Assembly: GCA_965219995.1 (NCBI GenBank)
Contig: CBDCOX010000002.1
Coordinates: forward strand, 1,344,001-1,408,000
DNA length: 64,000 bases
Origin: Candidatus Latescibacterota bacterium
Lineage (GTDB): Bacteria > Latescibacterota > UBA2968 > GCA-2709665
Direction of reading: 5' to 3'
The notes under the pieces are model-generated. The model had not been told where the DNA came from. It was given only the letters and a program-made list of their open reading frames with translations, and searched no databases. This document shows positions 40,504 through 49,055 of this stretch, in pieces. Numbering within the stretch: position 1 is the stretch's first letter; each line of letters starts with the position of its first letter. The translations under genes were made by a program, and so were the position numbers.

Positions 40504-41930
40504 GTCGTTGGATGATCTGTCATGTGGTCTTCTGACGACTCTTGGGCGTCGCCAGAGACGTCGTCCTCACGCAATTCAGCCGCCTCCTCGCGCACGTCCA
40601 GCTTTCCAGTGACGACATCGGAGACCAAGCGGGTTCGGTACTCACGGAGGAGCTCGATCTGACGGTTAGCGCGGCTAGCATTGGTGTTCAGCCTTGAGAT
40701 ACGTGCTTCGATCTGTCGCACGATTAAGCCTTGCTCACAGACCGGCGCAATCGCAATTCCTCTAGAACCGATTCTATCAACATTGAGATTGCCCTGTGTA
40801 TTTACTGGCGCCTCGCGTACCAACTCCGGCTTCATTGCTTGAAATACATAGAACAGATAGTCTCGCTCCACGCCTTTTCGAGGGACGAATCCGACAACAC
40901 TGTCTGGAAAGCACGCCTCGAAGTCGAGAACTGCGACATCGCCAATGTTCGCGGCGATTGTCATTGCAAGCGTCCCGGCAGGGAACATCTGGCTCACGGC
41001 GAGTCCATTGTCGTTGAGGGTCTGCATGTACCTTGTTATAGCCTTTTCCGCACGAGCTACATCGCCCGTTTGAATAAAGGGATACGGCCCGTCATAGAGA
41101 GAGGCGTCGTTTCGTGGCCTGTGTGTGAACTTTCCCCTCAATATCTGCGCCGTCTGTTTCACTCGTGTCAATTTCCAATGCGCCGGCACCTCTCCCAGCC
41201 ACTCCACACCGGAGTTCTTGTATGCCGGGTACGGCCGACCGGTTCGGACGTCGATCTGGCCCGTGACGGCCTGGTGGATGATGGCCTGTTTCTGCACCTC
41301 CAGCAGCGCAATCAGCTTCTGTTTGGCGCGGATGTAGCGCTGGATGCGCCTGTCGGCGTGGTCGAGGAAGCGGACGATAGCGGTTTGTTCGGTGAGGGGC
41401 GGGAGTGGGAGCCACACCGATTTGATGCCAGTGTGAGAGAGCCCATATCTGGTTACGCCTTTCGCCTCGATATGGAATTGATAGGCCAGACCTTTGCTCT
41501 GCAAAGCACGGAGCAAATAACCGCCCGCGAGCTCATCAGTTCGTGGACGCAGCATCGCCAAATGATAGCCTGAAATAAGATCGGTCGCAGGCTTAGTTAC
41601 CAATGCTGGCACTCCAATATCATCCCATGTCTCGGAGTCCTTGGTGATGAGGACATCATCTTTCTCAAGTCGGAAACGATCAATCTCCTCATCGGTAGCG
41701 GTCGCCTGCATGAAGTTAATCTGTTCATTGATGTAGTCATTCTTGTAGACATCAACATAGTTACAAAGACGGACCCGCTCCTCATCCTCTCTTACGTGTT
41801 TATCCACGTTGCTTACTCGCATATCTATTACATTCTGAAGACGTCGCACCTCCCAATGTGCCGGAATGCCTCCGAGCCATTCGACGCCAGAGGGTTTGTT
41901 TTCTGGATAGGAGTGGGGAAATTGAGCCAT
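40500..41930 (-). CDS. hsdS: Type I restriction enzyme specificity subunit
   Basis: Two TRDs, each preceded by SGVEWLG.(I/V)PAHW; PLPPLTEQTAIV; EYRTRLVSDVVTGKLDVR. Confidence 0.96.
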   Translation of the reverse strand: MAQFPHSYPENKPSGVEWLGGIPAHWEVRRLQNVIDMRVSNVDKHVREDEERVRLCNYVDVYKNDYINEQINFMQATATDEEIDRFRLEKDDVLITKDSETWDDIGVPALVTKPATDLISGYHLAMLRPRTDELAGGYLLRALQSKGLAYQFHIEAKGVTRYGLSHTGIKSVWLPLPPLTEQTAIVRFLDHADRRIQRYIRAKQKLIALLEVQKQAIIHQAVTGQIDVRTGRPYPAYKNSGVEWLGEVPAHWKLTRVKQTAQILRGKFTHRPRNDASLYDGPYPFIQTGDVARAEKAITRYMQTLNDNGLAVSQMFPAGTLAMTIAANIGDVAVLDFEACFPDSVVGFVPRKGVERDYLFYVFQAMKPELVREAPVNTQGNLNVDRIGSRGIAIAPVCEQGLIVRQIEARISRLNTNASRANRQIELLREYRTRLVSDVVTGKLDVREEAAELREDDVSGDAQESSEDHMTDHPTT

Positions 41931-41938
41931 TAGAGACC

Positions 41939-42886
41939 TTATACTACTGGGATTCGCATCGTTGTCGATATGCCCCTGCTATAGTCGCCGACAAGATCGC
42001 CGTGTTGCCCTAACACGTAGAATGGATTTACGGCAATCGACACGGAAGAGTTCATATGCAAGGGGAAGTCACGAGGAAACAAACGTATCAATTGGCACAT
42101 CTCGTGAGCACGGGGATCACTGTTGGTTGACGCTACTGATTCGAGCGTTTCTTTAATCCGGTTTACGAGATATAATCCGGAAAACAGAGAAAAGAACTCC
42201 ATGTAGGAGAACACTCCGAACTTTATTCCGTCAATCATGGAGAACCGTGAATCGTTGTCCTCATCAGGTAGAACCGGCCCTACAATTGGTAGCCTCTCGT
42301 TGGTATGGGCCCCCTTCTTGACGGCCATGAGGTATAGAATGGATCGTGCGTCGAATTGCATTTCGTTAATATTCAGCAGCTTCGTTTTCATCCACTTACT
42401 GAACTTGACAGTTGTGGTCGAGGTATCAAACGGGCTAGAAAGAATAGTCCTACTTTCCGATTCATGGTAAATCCCATACAACGCATGCAATGAAACTGTA
42501 TGATCAAATGGAGGGATCTTAAGAGCGCGTGAAGATCCATCGGCGAAGTTTAATACACACTCTTGCCCTTTGAAAGACTGCGTTGCACGTAACGTCTTAG
42601 CGTTTTCTGGAGGCGCTTTCATAGGATGCATTTCGGGATTGACTATACATCGCTTCAACAACGACCCGTTTCCGTCCAGGAGTATCTTTCTAAGGGCGAC
42701 CGATATCTGTCTCGTTTTCGCAAGCATGAGGGTACCGGAAGGAGAATGCCGACGAGCGATCTGTCCGAACTCTTCAAGAGCAGTTGCAATCTCCGATACG
42801 CATTCTAATAGTATGAGAACCGTGGTCTGATGCACACTCGGGCGAATCTGCCACAGCATTGTCTGCCAGCTATTGTCGGCTTTCAT
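41939..42886 (-). CDS. Hypothetical protein (315 aa) embedded in the Type I R-M operon
   Basis: Long AT-richer ORF. Its ATG overlaps the TGA of the hsdM-tail copy, and it ends 8 nt before hsdS. Confidence 0.75.
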   Translation of the reverse strand: MKADNSWQTMLWQIRPSVHQTTVLILLECVSEIATALEEFGQIARRHSPSGTLMLAKTRQISVALRKILLDGNGSLLKRCIVNPEMHPMKAPPENAKTLRATQSFKGQECVLNFADGSSRALKIPPFDHTVSLHALYGIYHESESRTILSSPFDTSTTTVKFSKWMKTKLLNINEMQFDARSILYLMAVKKGAHTNERLPIVGPVLPDEDNDSRFSMIDGIKFGVFSYMEFFSLFSGLYLVNRIKETLESVASTNSDPRAHEMCQLIRLFPRDFPLHMNSSVSIAVNPFYVLGQHGDLVGDYSRGISTTMRIPVV

Positions 42887-43098
42887 TCTTCAATCCCTTC
42901 GGAGGCAACCTCTCGTCCGGTTAACTCCGCTAAGAGCACCTCCGCCGTATTTTCAAGCGCCAGGATTTCAGCCCGAATCTCCTCCAGTGTCCGCATTGGT
43001 TGTGGTCTGTCGAAATATCGCATAAAGCTGATCTCGTATCCGATTATTACACTGATCGATTGGTACCACGCGTCAGTGGCAGATGGCAGGCCCGCGCG
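42883..43098 (-). pseudogene. Diverged duplicate of the hsdM 3' end
   Basis: RAGLPSATDAWYQSISVIIGYEISFMRYFDRPQPMRTLEEIRAEILALENTAEVLLAEL versus HsdM REVLPYAGDAWYQQDSVKIGYEISFTRYFYKPQPMRTLEEIGADIRALEKETEGLLGDL. An in-frame TAA lies upstream at 43123-25. Confidence 0.9.
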
Positions 43099-43122
43099 GC
43101 ATTGGCTACCAAATGGGCTGAA

Positions 43123-43449
43123 TTAGCCATGATTTTCTTGAGTTCTATTGGTATTCCACTCTTGCATCTCTTGAGGAAGCTTCGAAGAGGGTTTTGACGC
43201 AAGATTGTTAAAAATACTCGACTATCCTCGAGCGATTGGTCAACCCCAACCCTGTGATCGCAGTAGTAAGCCAATGCCGCATATACATCTGAGAGGGTTA
43301 AATCGTAATCACCGACAATTTCGTCGGCGCTCGTGCCAGATACCGATATTTACCACGGTAATTCGATGACCGGCAATACGAGGTTTGCCGCCTAAAATAC
43401 CCGGGGTGATCTCAATATGCTGATTCTGGATTTCCGTCGTCCTTTTCAC
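43123..43449 (-). pseudogene. Frameshifted DUF433 gene
   Basis: QHIEITPGILGGKPRIAGHRITVVNIGIWHER / frameshift / ADEIVGDYDLTLSDVYAALAYYCDHR. Confidence 0.8.
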
Positions 43450-43558
43450 CTTCAGTTGAGTTTGGCGCCGGTCACGGAGCCCTCACGTTCATCGCCGACA
43501 TTAAAGAACAACCTGGGTCAGGGCATCACTCGCTCTTGCGCTTTCGTTTCCCTTCGGG

Positions 43559-43774
43559 TCAGCCGTCGCGACGATTTGTTGGCTGGACCTGCGTTGATTC
43601 GCGTATCCGCGCGGCCATTGCTTCCAGCATGGGGTCGGAATACCGCCTGGAATTGAACCACTCCACCGTTTCCTTTGCAGTCATGTCGGCGGTTTCGGCA
43701 GTATTGCGGGCGCGGGCCTTGCGCATGAATTCGACACAGTCGAAATTCTTCTTGTGGCTGGGGCTTTCAGACAT
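43559..43774 (-). CDS. Small PIN-associated partner (putative antitoxin), copy 2
   Basis: MSESPSHKKNFDCVEFMRKARARNTAETADMT...RYSDPMLE; clear paralog of 44039-44242. Confidence 0.7.
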   Translation of the reverse strand: MSESPSHKKNFDCVEFMRKARARNTAETADMTAKETVEWFNSRRYSDPMLEAMAARIRESTQVQPTNRRDG

Positions 43775-43855
43775 GGACGATTTTCTCATGGGCTCGATTG
43801 TCGATCGTGGCGTATCCATTGACGCCGTTGCAGAGCACGATGTGCATGAATCCTT
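43768..43855 (-). pseudogene. Eroded 3' remnant of a second PIN gene
   Basis: FMHIVLCNGVNGYATIDNRAHEKIVHV* resembles the PIN tail FRHMVN...YNAVN...GYEELNVLSPEAISY. Its stop overlaps the start of partner copy 2. Confidence 0.45.
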
Positions 43856-44038
43856 CTATGCGGGAAAAGGCTCTAGGTCGGGGATCATGGAGTTACCCAT
43901 AGAGAGTATCTCGTACTTCGCGATTGAATAAACCAAAAAGACCCGCAACGTCGGCAATGATTCAGTCAAGCGTCCCGACTCGCTCGTCCCGATGCCTCGG
44001 TACGGTCTCGCCGTGCCGGCTGCTTGTCAAGCCATTGA

Positions 44039-44242
44039 TCAGGGTTCATTCTCTTTGTCTTTTTCCGATTCGCGCAATGGCGCCGCCAGTCGTTCCAGAA
44101 CAGGATCTTCATAGCGATACGTGCGATAGTACTGGATTCGCTCTGCAGGGCTCATGCCGGCTGTTTCTGCGGCAATCCTCGCACGAACCTCACGCACAAA
44201 GCGGATGCAGTCGAACCTCTCGGTTGCGGTATCATTTGTCAT
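44039..44242 (-). CDS. Small PIN-associated partner (putative antitoxin), copy 1
   Basis: MTNDTATERFDCIRFVREVRARIAAETAGMSPAERIQYY. Start overlaps the end of the HsdM-PIN gene. Confidence 0.75.
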   Translation of the reverse strand: MTNDTATERFDCIRFVREVRARIAAETAGMSPAERIQYYRTYRYEDPVLERLAAPLRESEKDKENEP

Positions 44243-46673
44243 AGCTGATCGCCTCCGGGGATAGGACGTTCAGTTCCTCGTACCCCATTTGCCGGTTGAC
44301 TGCGTTGTACAACCGGTTTCGTCGCCAGTTCACCATGTGCCTGAAATTCCAGCTTGCCATAACGTCGGCCTCAGCCAGGGTTACCAGGGCGATATGCTCC
44401 GCGTCGGCGCGGTTCGCAAGGCCAAGAGCCCCGGAACCAATGTATGCGTCCGCAAGCCGTTCTGCCTCATCTGTGAGAAAGAGCATCTCTTTGTTCGCAG
44501 CGGGAATCTGATCGATCACATTGCGCACGCTTTCTGGTGCCCCCGCCAGTTCCCTGAGAATGACTTCTGAATAAACGAGGATAGCATCTCCGCGCTTGAA
44601 CTTATCAAACAACTCCATGGATGCCTCACGGACCTCCTCGTCCAGACACCCGCCGATCACCGAGGTGTCCACGTAGATGCGCGGCTTGCCGTACACAGCC
44701 GGCGGTTCCCGCACCATCGGCAGGTCGCCGAGTAACCCCTCGGTCTCTTTCTCCAGCGCTCTGATATCCGCCCCGATCTCCTCCAACGTCCGCATCGGCT
44801 GGGGCTTGTAGAAGTAACGCGTGAAGCTGATTTCGTAGCCGATTTTCACGCTGTCCTGTTGGTACCAGGCGTCACCCGCGTAGGGCAGGACCTCCCGCTT
44901 CAGGAAAGCTTTGATGCCGCCCTCGTCTTGCAGCGGAATCTGTTCTGTGTCGCGCAGGTCTGTGTCCGGTTCGTACTCGACGACGGTCGGCTTGCCGTCG
45001 AGAGTCGCCTCGAACCGGCCGCGCAGCGGGTCGGCTTCCGTGCCTCTCTTGTGGACCTTTTTGATGACGGGCTGCGCGGTTTCGCTACGCTCGAAAGTCT
45101 CCTTTAACTTCTTGATTTCGGAGGCCTTATAGGCGCGGTTGGGGTCAATCCCTTCGAGCCGTAGCGGTCGTTCGACCGTGACCTTCCAGTAGCCAAAGGC
45201 GGCGTTGTCGAAGATCTTGCTCTGTTCGGTTTCCTCGAACGCCAGAAAGGTGTCGCAGATGCGCTGGATGTCTTCCTCGCCGAGTTCGCAGTTCTTTTTC
45301 CCCAGGTTCTTGCGCAACGGTCGGTACCACTCGGTGGCATCGATCAGCTGCACTTTGCCCCGGCGATGCTCCGGCTTATTGTTGGTGAGTACCCAGACGT
45401 AGGTGGCGATGCCGGTGTTGTAGAACATGTTGAGCGGCAGGGCGACGATCGCTTCCAGCCAGTCGTTCTCGATGATCCAGCGGCGGATGTTGCTCTCGCC
45501 CTGCCCGGCATCGCCGGTGAACAGGGAACTGCCGTTGTGCACCTCGGCGATGCGGCTGCCGCCCTCCTTCACCTTGGATAGTTTATTGGCGAGAAAGAGC
45601 ATCTGCCCGTCGCTGGAACGTGTGACCAGCGAATATTCGGGATCGTCCGCGTGCTCAATCACAAAGCGCGGGTCCCGCATTTCCTTCTTGCCGCCCATGC
45701 GTTCCAGATCGGTCTTCCAGCTCTTGCCGTAGGGCGGATTGGAGAGCATGAAGTCGAACTCCCGGGACGGGAAGGCGTCGTTTGCGAGGGTGGAATGCTC
45801 CGGTCCGCCCACGATGTTATCGGCCGCGTCTCCTTCACCCTTCAGCAGCAGGTCGGCCTTGCAGATGGCGTAGGTCTCGGCATTGATCTCCTGGCCATAC
45901 AGATGGGTGGAAACCTGTTTGTCGCGCTCGGCGGCGAGTTGCTGAAGTACGTCTTCTGCCACGGTCAACATGCCGCCTGTACCGCATGCGCCGTCGTAGA
46001 TCAGGTAGGTGCTGGATGTAATCTCGTCAGCGACGGGCAGAAAGACCAGCTTCGCCATCAACGTGACGGCGTCGCGCGGGGTCCAGTGTTCGCCCGCCTC
46101 CTCATTGTTCTCCTCGTTGAATCGACGGATCAGCTCCTCGAAGATGGTGCCCATGCCGTGGTTGTCCAGGCCGGCGTGCCTGACCGTTCCGTCGCCGTTC
46201 TGCACAGGATCCGGGCTCAGGTTGATGTCGGGGGACGTCAGCTTTTCGATCAGCGTACCGAGGGCGTCGGCCCTGGAGAGCCGCGGGATCTGGATCCGGA
46301 ACTCGAAGTTTTCAAGGATGTCCTGGACGCTGGGCGAGAACCCGTCGAGCCATGCTCTAAAATCGGCCTCGAGCTGCTGGCGATTGGCGCGGGCGCGCAG
46401 GTCGCGCAGGGTGAACTTTGATGTATTGTAAAAAGCCTGTCCCGCGACTTGTCGCAGGGTTGCGTCCTGCTCGACAACCCCGGCCTTGTCGAGGTTGGTC
46501 TTCATGTCGAGGACGGCCTGCTTGCTGTCTTCCAGCACCGCGTCCAGCCGGCGCAGTACGGTCATCGGCAGAATCACGTCCCGGTACTTGCCGCGCACGT
46601 ACAGGTCGCGCAGAACGTCGTCTGCGATTCCCCAGATGTAGTTTGCGATCCAGTTCAGGTTGGCATTGCTCAC
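44232..46673 (-). CDS. hsdM: Type I restriction-modification methyltransferase subunit M with a C-terminal PIN domain fusion
   Basis: YRDVILPMTVLRRLD, GEHWTPR, DGACGTGGM, SNPPYG, FYNTGIATY. After the normal C-terminus it continues KPRIYVDTSVIGG...RELA...ADAEHIA...SWNFRH (PIN, 44232-44687). Confidence 0.95.
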   Translation of the reverse strand: MSNANLNWIANYIWGIADDVLRDLYVRGKYRDVILPMTVLRRLDAVLEDSKQAVLDMKTNLDKAGVVEQDATLRQVAGQAFYNTSKFTLRDLRARANRQQLEADFRAWLDGFSPSVQDILENFEFRIQIPRLSRADALGTLIEKLTSPDINLSPDPVQNGDGTVRHAGLDNHGMGTIFEELIRRFNEENNEEAGEHWTPRDAVTLMAKLVFLPVADEITSSTYLIYDGACGTGGMLTVAEDVLQQLAAERDKQVSTHLYGQEINAETYAICKADLLLKGEGDAADNIVGGPEHSTLANDAFPSREFDFMLSNPPYGKSWKTDLERMGGKKEMRDPRFVIEHADDPEYSLVTRSSDGQMLFLANKLSKVKEGGSRIAEVHNGSSLFTGDAGQGESNIRRWIIENDWLEAIVALPLNMFYNTGIATYVWVLTNNKPEHRRGKVQLIDATEWYRPLRKNLGKKNCELGEEDIQRICDTFLAFEETEQSKIFDNAAFGYWKVTVERPLRLEGIDPNRAYKASEIKKLKETFERSETAQPVIKKVHKRGTEADPLRGRFEATLDGKPTVVEYEPDTDLRDTEQIPLQDEGGIKAFLKREVLPYAGDAWYQQDSVKIGYEISFTRYFYKPQPMRTLEEIGADIRALEKETEGLLGDLPMVREPPAVYGKPRIYVDTSVIGGCLDEEVREASMELFDKFKRGDAILVYSEVILRELAGAPESVRNVIDQIPAANKEMLFLTDEAERLADAYIGSGALGLANRADAEHIALVTLAEADVMASWNFRHMVNWRRNRLYNAVNRQMGYEELNVLSPEAISYDK

Positions 46674-46840
46674 TTTACCGCTACTCCTCGAAATAGGACT
46701 GCAGATTTCCTGGCAGCTTTGGGCTTGTATGACTTCCTTTCAAACAAGACAAAGGCGGATCGCCCATAGGGAACCCGCCGTGATGCCAAGTGAGTTTACC
46801 GCAGCAGTTTTCCGTCGGCGTGATACATGATGACTATCTG

Positions 46841-47158
46841 TCACCTGGTCCCGGCGGCAAGGGCAACTACAAAGATGAACAGATAGATGAACATAAACAC
46901 AAGGATGCTGGCGGCCAATCCTAACCATGCACCGCGTATCTGCTTGGTTTTCATACGGTCACAGTAGGCGCGTTCGAACGCCACCCCATCTTCTGCTTCC
47001 CGTGATCTTTGAAGAAAAATGAGTGGAACACGAGGCTCGATAAGGTGGGCAACAAAAACAGCCGGCAGCCACGTTAGAAAACCGAAGAGACCCCATAAGA
47101 ATACAGACTTATCATCTGCTACCAGCCTGCCTTCGCTCGAGCCTCTGTCGCTGTTCAC
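46841..47158 (-). CDS. Small two-TM hypothetical membrane protein
   Basis: GTG at 47158 after AAGGAGG; two hydrophobic segments. Confidence 0.65.
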   Translation of the reverse strand: MNSDRGSSEGRLVADDKSVFLWGLFGFLTWLPAVFVAHLIEPRVPLIFLQRSREAEDGVAFERAYCDRMKTKQIRGAWLGLAASILVFMFIYLFIFVVALAAGTR

Positions 47159-47195
47159 TGTGTCCTCCTTGCTGTAGAAATTCTTGCGTCGCCGA

Positions 47196-47214
47196 CCCTT
47201 CGACAAGCTCAGGG
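47196..47214. repeat. REP-like motif CCCTTCGACAAGCTCAGGG
   Basis: Matches, from memory, a widespread bacterial intergenic repeat. Single copy in this window, near the right edge of the R-M island. Confidence 0.55.
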
Positions 47215-47373
47215 AGCGGCTTAGTTCGCGCGAAAATTTCAATCCGGGTGAGTCGACGGCTGAATATGTACTTTCAGGTTCTGGGACATCACACCAAGTG
47301 GGGTTTCTGTTACAATGCTCGACATCTTACTGTCTTCGTATCCCGTGTTTTCGCCAAGGATGTGTGCCTTCCC

Positions 47374-48549
47374 TCACCCCCGGTTTCCTCCTCCCCACGC
47401 GGACGAGAACTGGTCGCCGTCGATGAATCTGGAGGGGCGGAACGGGTGCAGATCGAACGCAGGTGTCCGGCCGAGGATCATGTCGGTCAGCGAATCGGCG
47501 ATGGGAGGTCCCAGCTTGAACCCGTGTCCGCTCCCGCCGAAGAAGGCGTAATAACCATCAAGTCCGGGTTCAGGCCCGACCAGGGGATGCCAGTCGTCGG
47601 TAATCGTATAGACCGACGCCCATCCCTTCACGTATTCGCAATTCCGGAACGCCGGCACGCGTTCGAAGGTCCCGTCCTCGATGCGGCGGCGCGTGGGTTC
47701 ATCCAGGTCCGGATCGTACGCGTCGACGTCCATCGGCTCCACCTCTTTGGGAAAACTCAGGCCGGCCAGCAGCCCGTTGTCGCCGTCGGGTCGGAAGTAG
47801 ACTCTCAGATTGGGATCCGAAACCACCGGAAGCGGCCCGTATCCCTCCGGCAGGCGCAAGACCAGATCGCTCTCCCGGCTCCATCGCAGCGAATAGTTCA
47901 GCCCCACGGACAGTCCCATCCGGCGCCCCCAGGGACCCGCGGCGTTGATCACCAGACCGGTCCGGATTTCGCCGGCCTCGGTTTGCACCCCGGTCACCCG
48001 GTTGCCGGACAGGCAAATCCGCGTTGCCCCCACCCCCTCGTAACACGCCAGCCCCCATTCCTTCGCCCGCGTCACCAGGCTCCGGACCGTCTTGACGGGG
48101 TCCGCATACCCGGAAGCAGGTTCGTAGATGCCCGCGACGATCCCGTCCGTGTTCACACCGGGAATCAGCTCCCCGATCTCGACCCTGTCCACCTCCACGG
48201 CGCCGGTGCCGTTCCGCTGCTCCGCCTCGAGCACCGCCCGTCCCGCCGCGGCGGTTTGCTCGCCCAGAACACAGATATATCCCGTATTGCGAAAGTCGCA
48301 GTCTCCTCCCAGCGCCTCCTCCCCGTTCGCGAACATCTCCAGCGCCGCCGCGGACAACCGAATGGTCAGGTCATTCGTGTAAAACGTGCGGATCACAGCG
48401 GCCGAATGCCCCGTACTCACGGCGGCCAGCGACCGTTTTTCCAGGAGAACGACGTCGCCGAGGCCCTTTTTCGCCAGAAAATGGGCCGCGCTTGCCCCCA
48501 TGATCCCTCCGCCGATCACCACCGCATCTGCTGTCGTACCCATTCGCAT
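47374..48549 (-). CDS. FAD-dependent oxidoreductase (DAO/sarcosine oxidase beta-like)
   Basis: VIGGGIMGAS, STGHSA, INAAGPW, TDDWHPLVG, GSGHGFKLGP. Confidence 0.92.
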   Translation of the reverse strand: MRMGTTADAVVIGGGIMGASAAHFLAKKGLGDVVLLEKRSLAAVSTGHSAAVIRTFYTNDLTIRLSAAALEMFANGEEALGGDCDFRNTGYICVLGEQTAAAGRAVLEAEQRNGTGAVEVDRVEIGELIPGVNTDGIVAGIYEPASGYADPVKTVRSLVTRAKEWGLACYEGVGATRICLSGNRVTGVQTEAGEIRTGLVINAAGPWGRRMGLSVGLNYSLRWSRESDLVLRLPEGYGPLPVVSDPNLRVYFRPDGDNGLLAGLSFPKEVEPMDVDAYDPDLDEPTRRRIEDGTFERVPAFRNCEYVKGWASVYTITDDWHPLVGPEPGLDGYYAFFGGSGHGFKLGPPIADSLTDMILGRTPAFDLHPFRPSRFIDGDQFSSAWGGGNRG

Positions 48550-48608
48550 TGCTCCCGTGCCATTCTTAACATCCCGAAATACCGGCCTGCCAATCCCGCC
48601 AACACCGG

Positions 48609-49010
48609 TCAGACCTTGACGAAGACCATCGTCACCTGCGACCCGCCAAGGCTCGAAGCCAATGTCAGTTCATTCCCGTCGACGGTCGCATTGGTACCGA
48701 TCAGGCCCAGTGTCGCCGACTCCTGGAACAGAATACTTGAATCCTGTATGGTGTAGGTTCCGTCGGAGTACCGGTCTTCAAGCTGAAGCGTCGGAATGCT
48801 CAGACTCATCGAAAAGTCGCCCGTTGTGGACAGAACAAGCGTACCGGTCGCTTCCGGCGGTCGGAGTGTCTGGGTCTGCGCACCGCCTGTCAACTGTATT
48901 TCGCGCAGCGTATACGTCCCCGCGAGCGTATCGTAGTTCAGCGAATTGTCATCCCCGCACGACACCAGAAACAGTGCCACGACAGTCAAAAGCGGAAGAA
49001 TCTTCCTCAT
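48609..49010 (-). CDS. Lipocalin-like lipoprotein
   Basis: Lipobox LVSC; LAGTYTL...GTYTI beta-barrel pattern. Confidence 0.75.
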   Translation of the reverse strand: MRKILPLLTVVALFLVSCGDDNSLNYDTLAGTYTLREIQLTGGAQTQTLRPPEATGTLVLSTTGDFSMSLSIPTLQLEDRYSDGTYTIQDSSILFQESATLGLIGTNATVDGNELTLASSLGGSQVTMVFVKV

Positions 49011-49055
49011 CGTGCACCTCCGGACCCGTTGTCACACATGAAATTCGAGACGTCG

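Noticed and set aside
40500-41930. Phase-variable hsdS (shufflon or simple-sequence repeat)
   Set aside because: Only one hsdS, no invertase and no tandem repeat tract. The internal repeat is the normal conserved HsdS region.
39000-44300. Integron cassette array explanation for the TA cluster
   Set aside because: No intI gene and no regularly spaced attC-like sites identified by eye.
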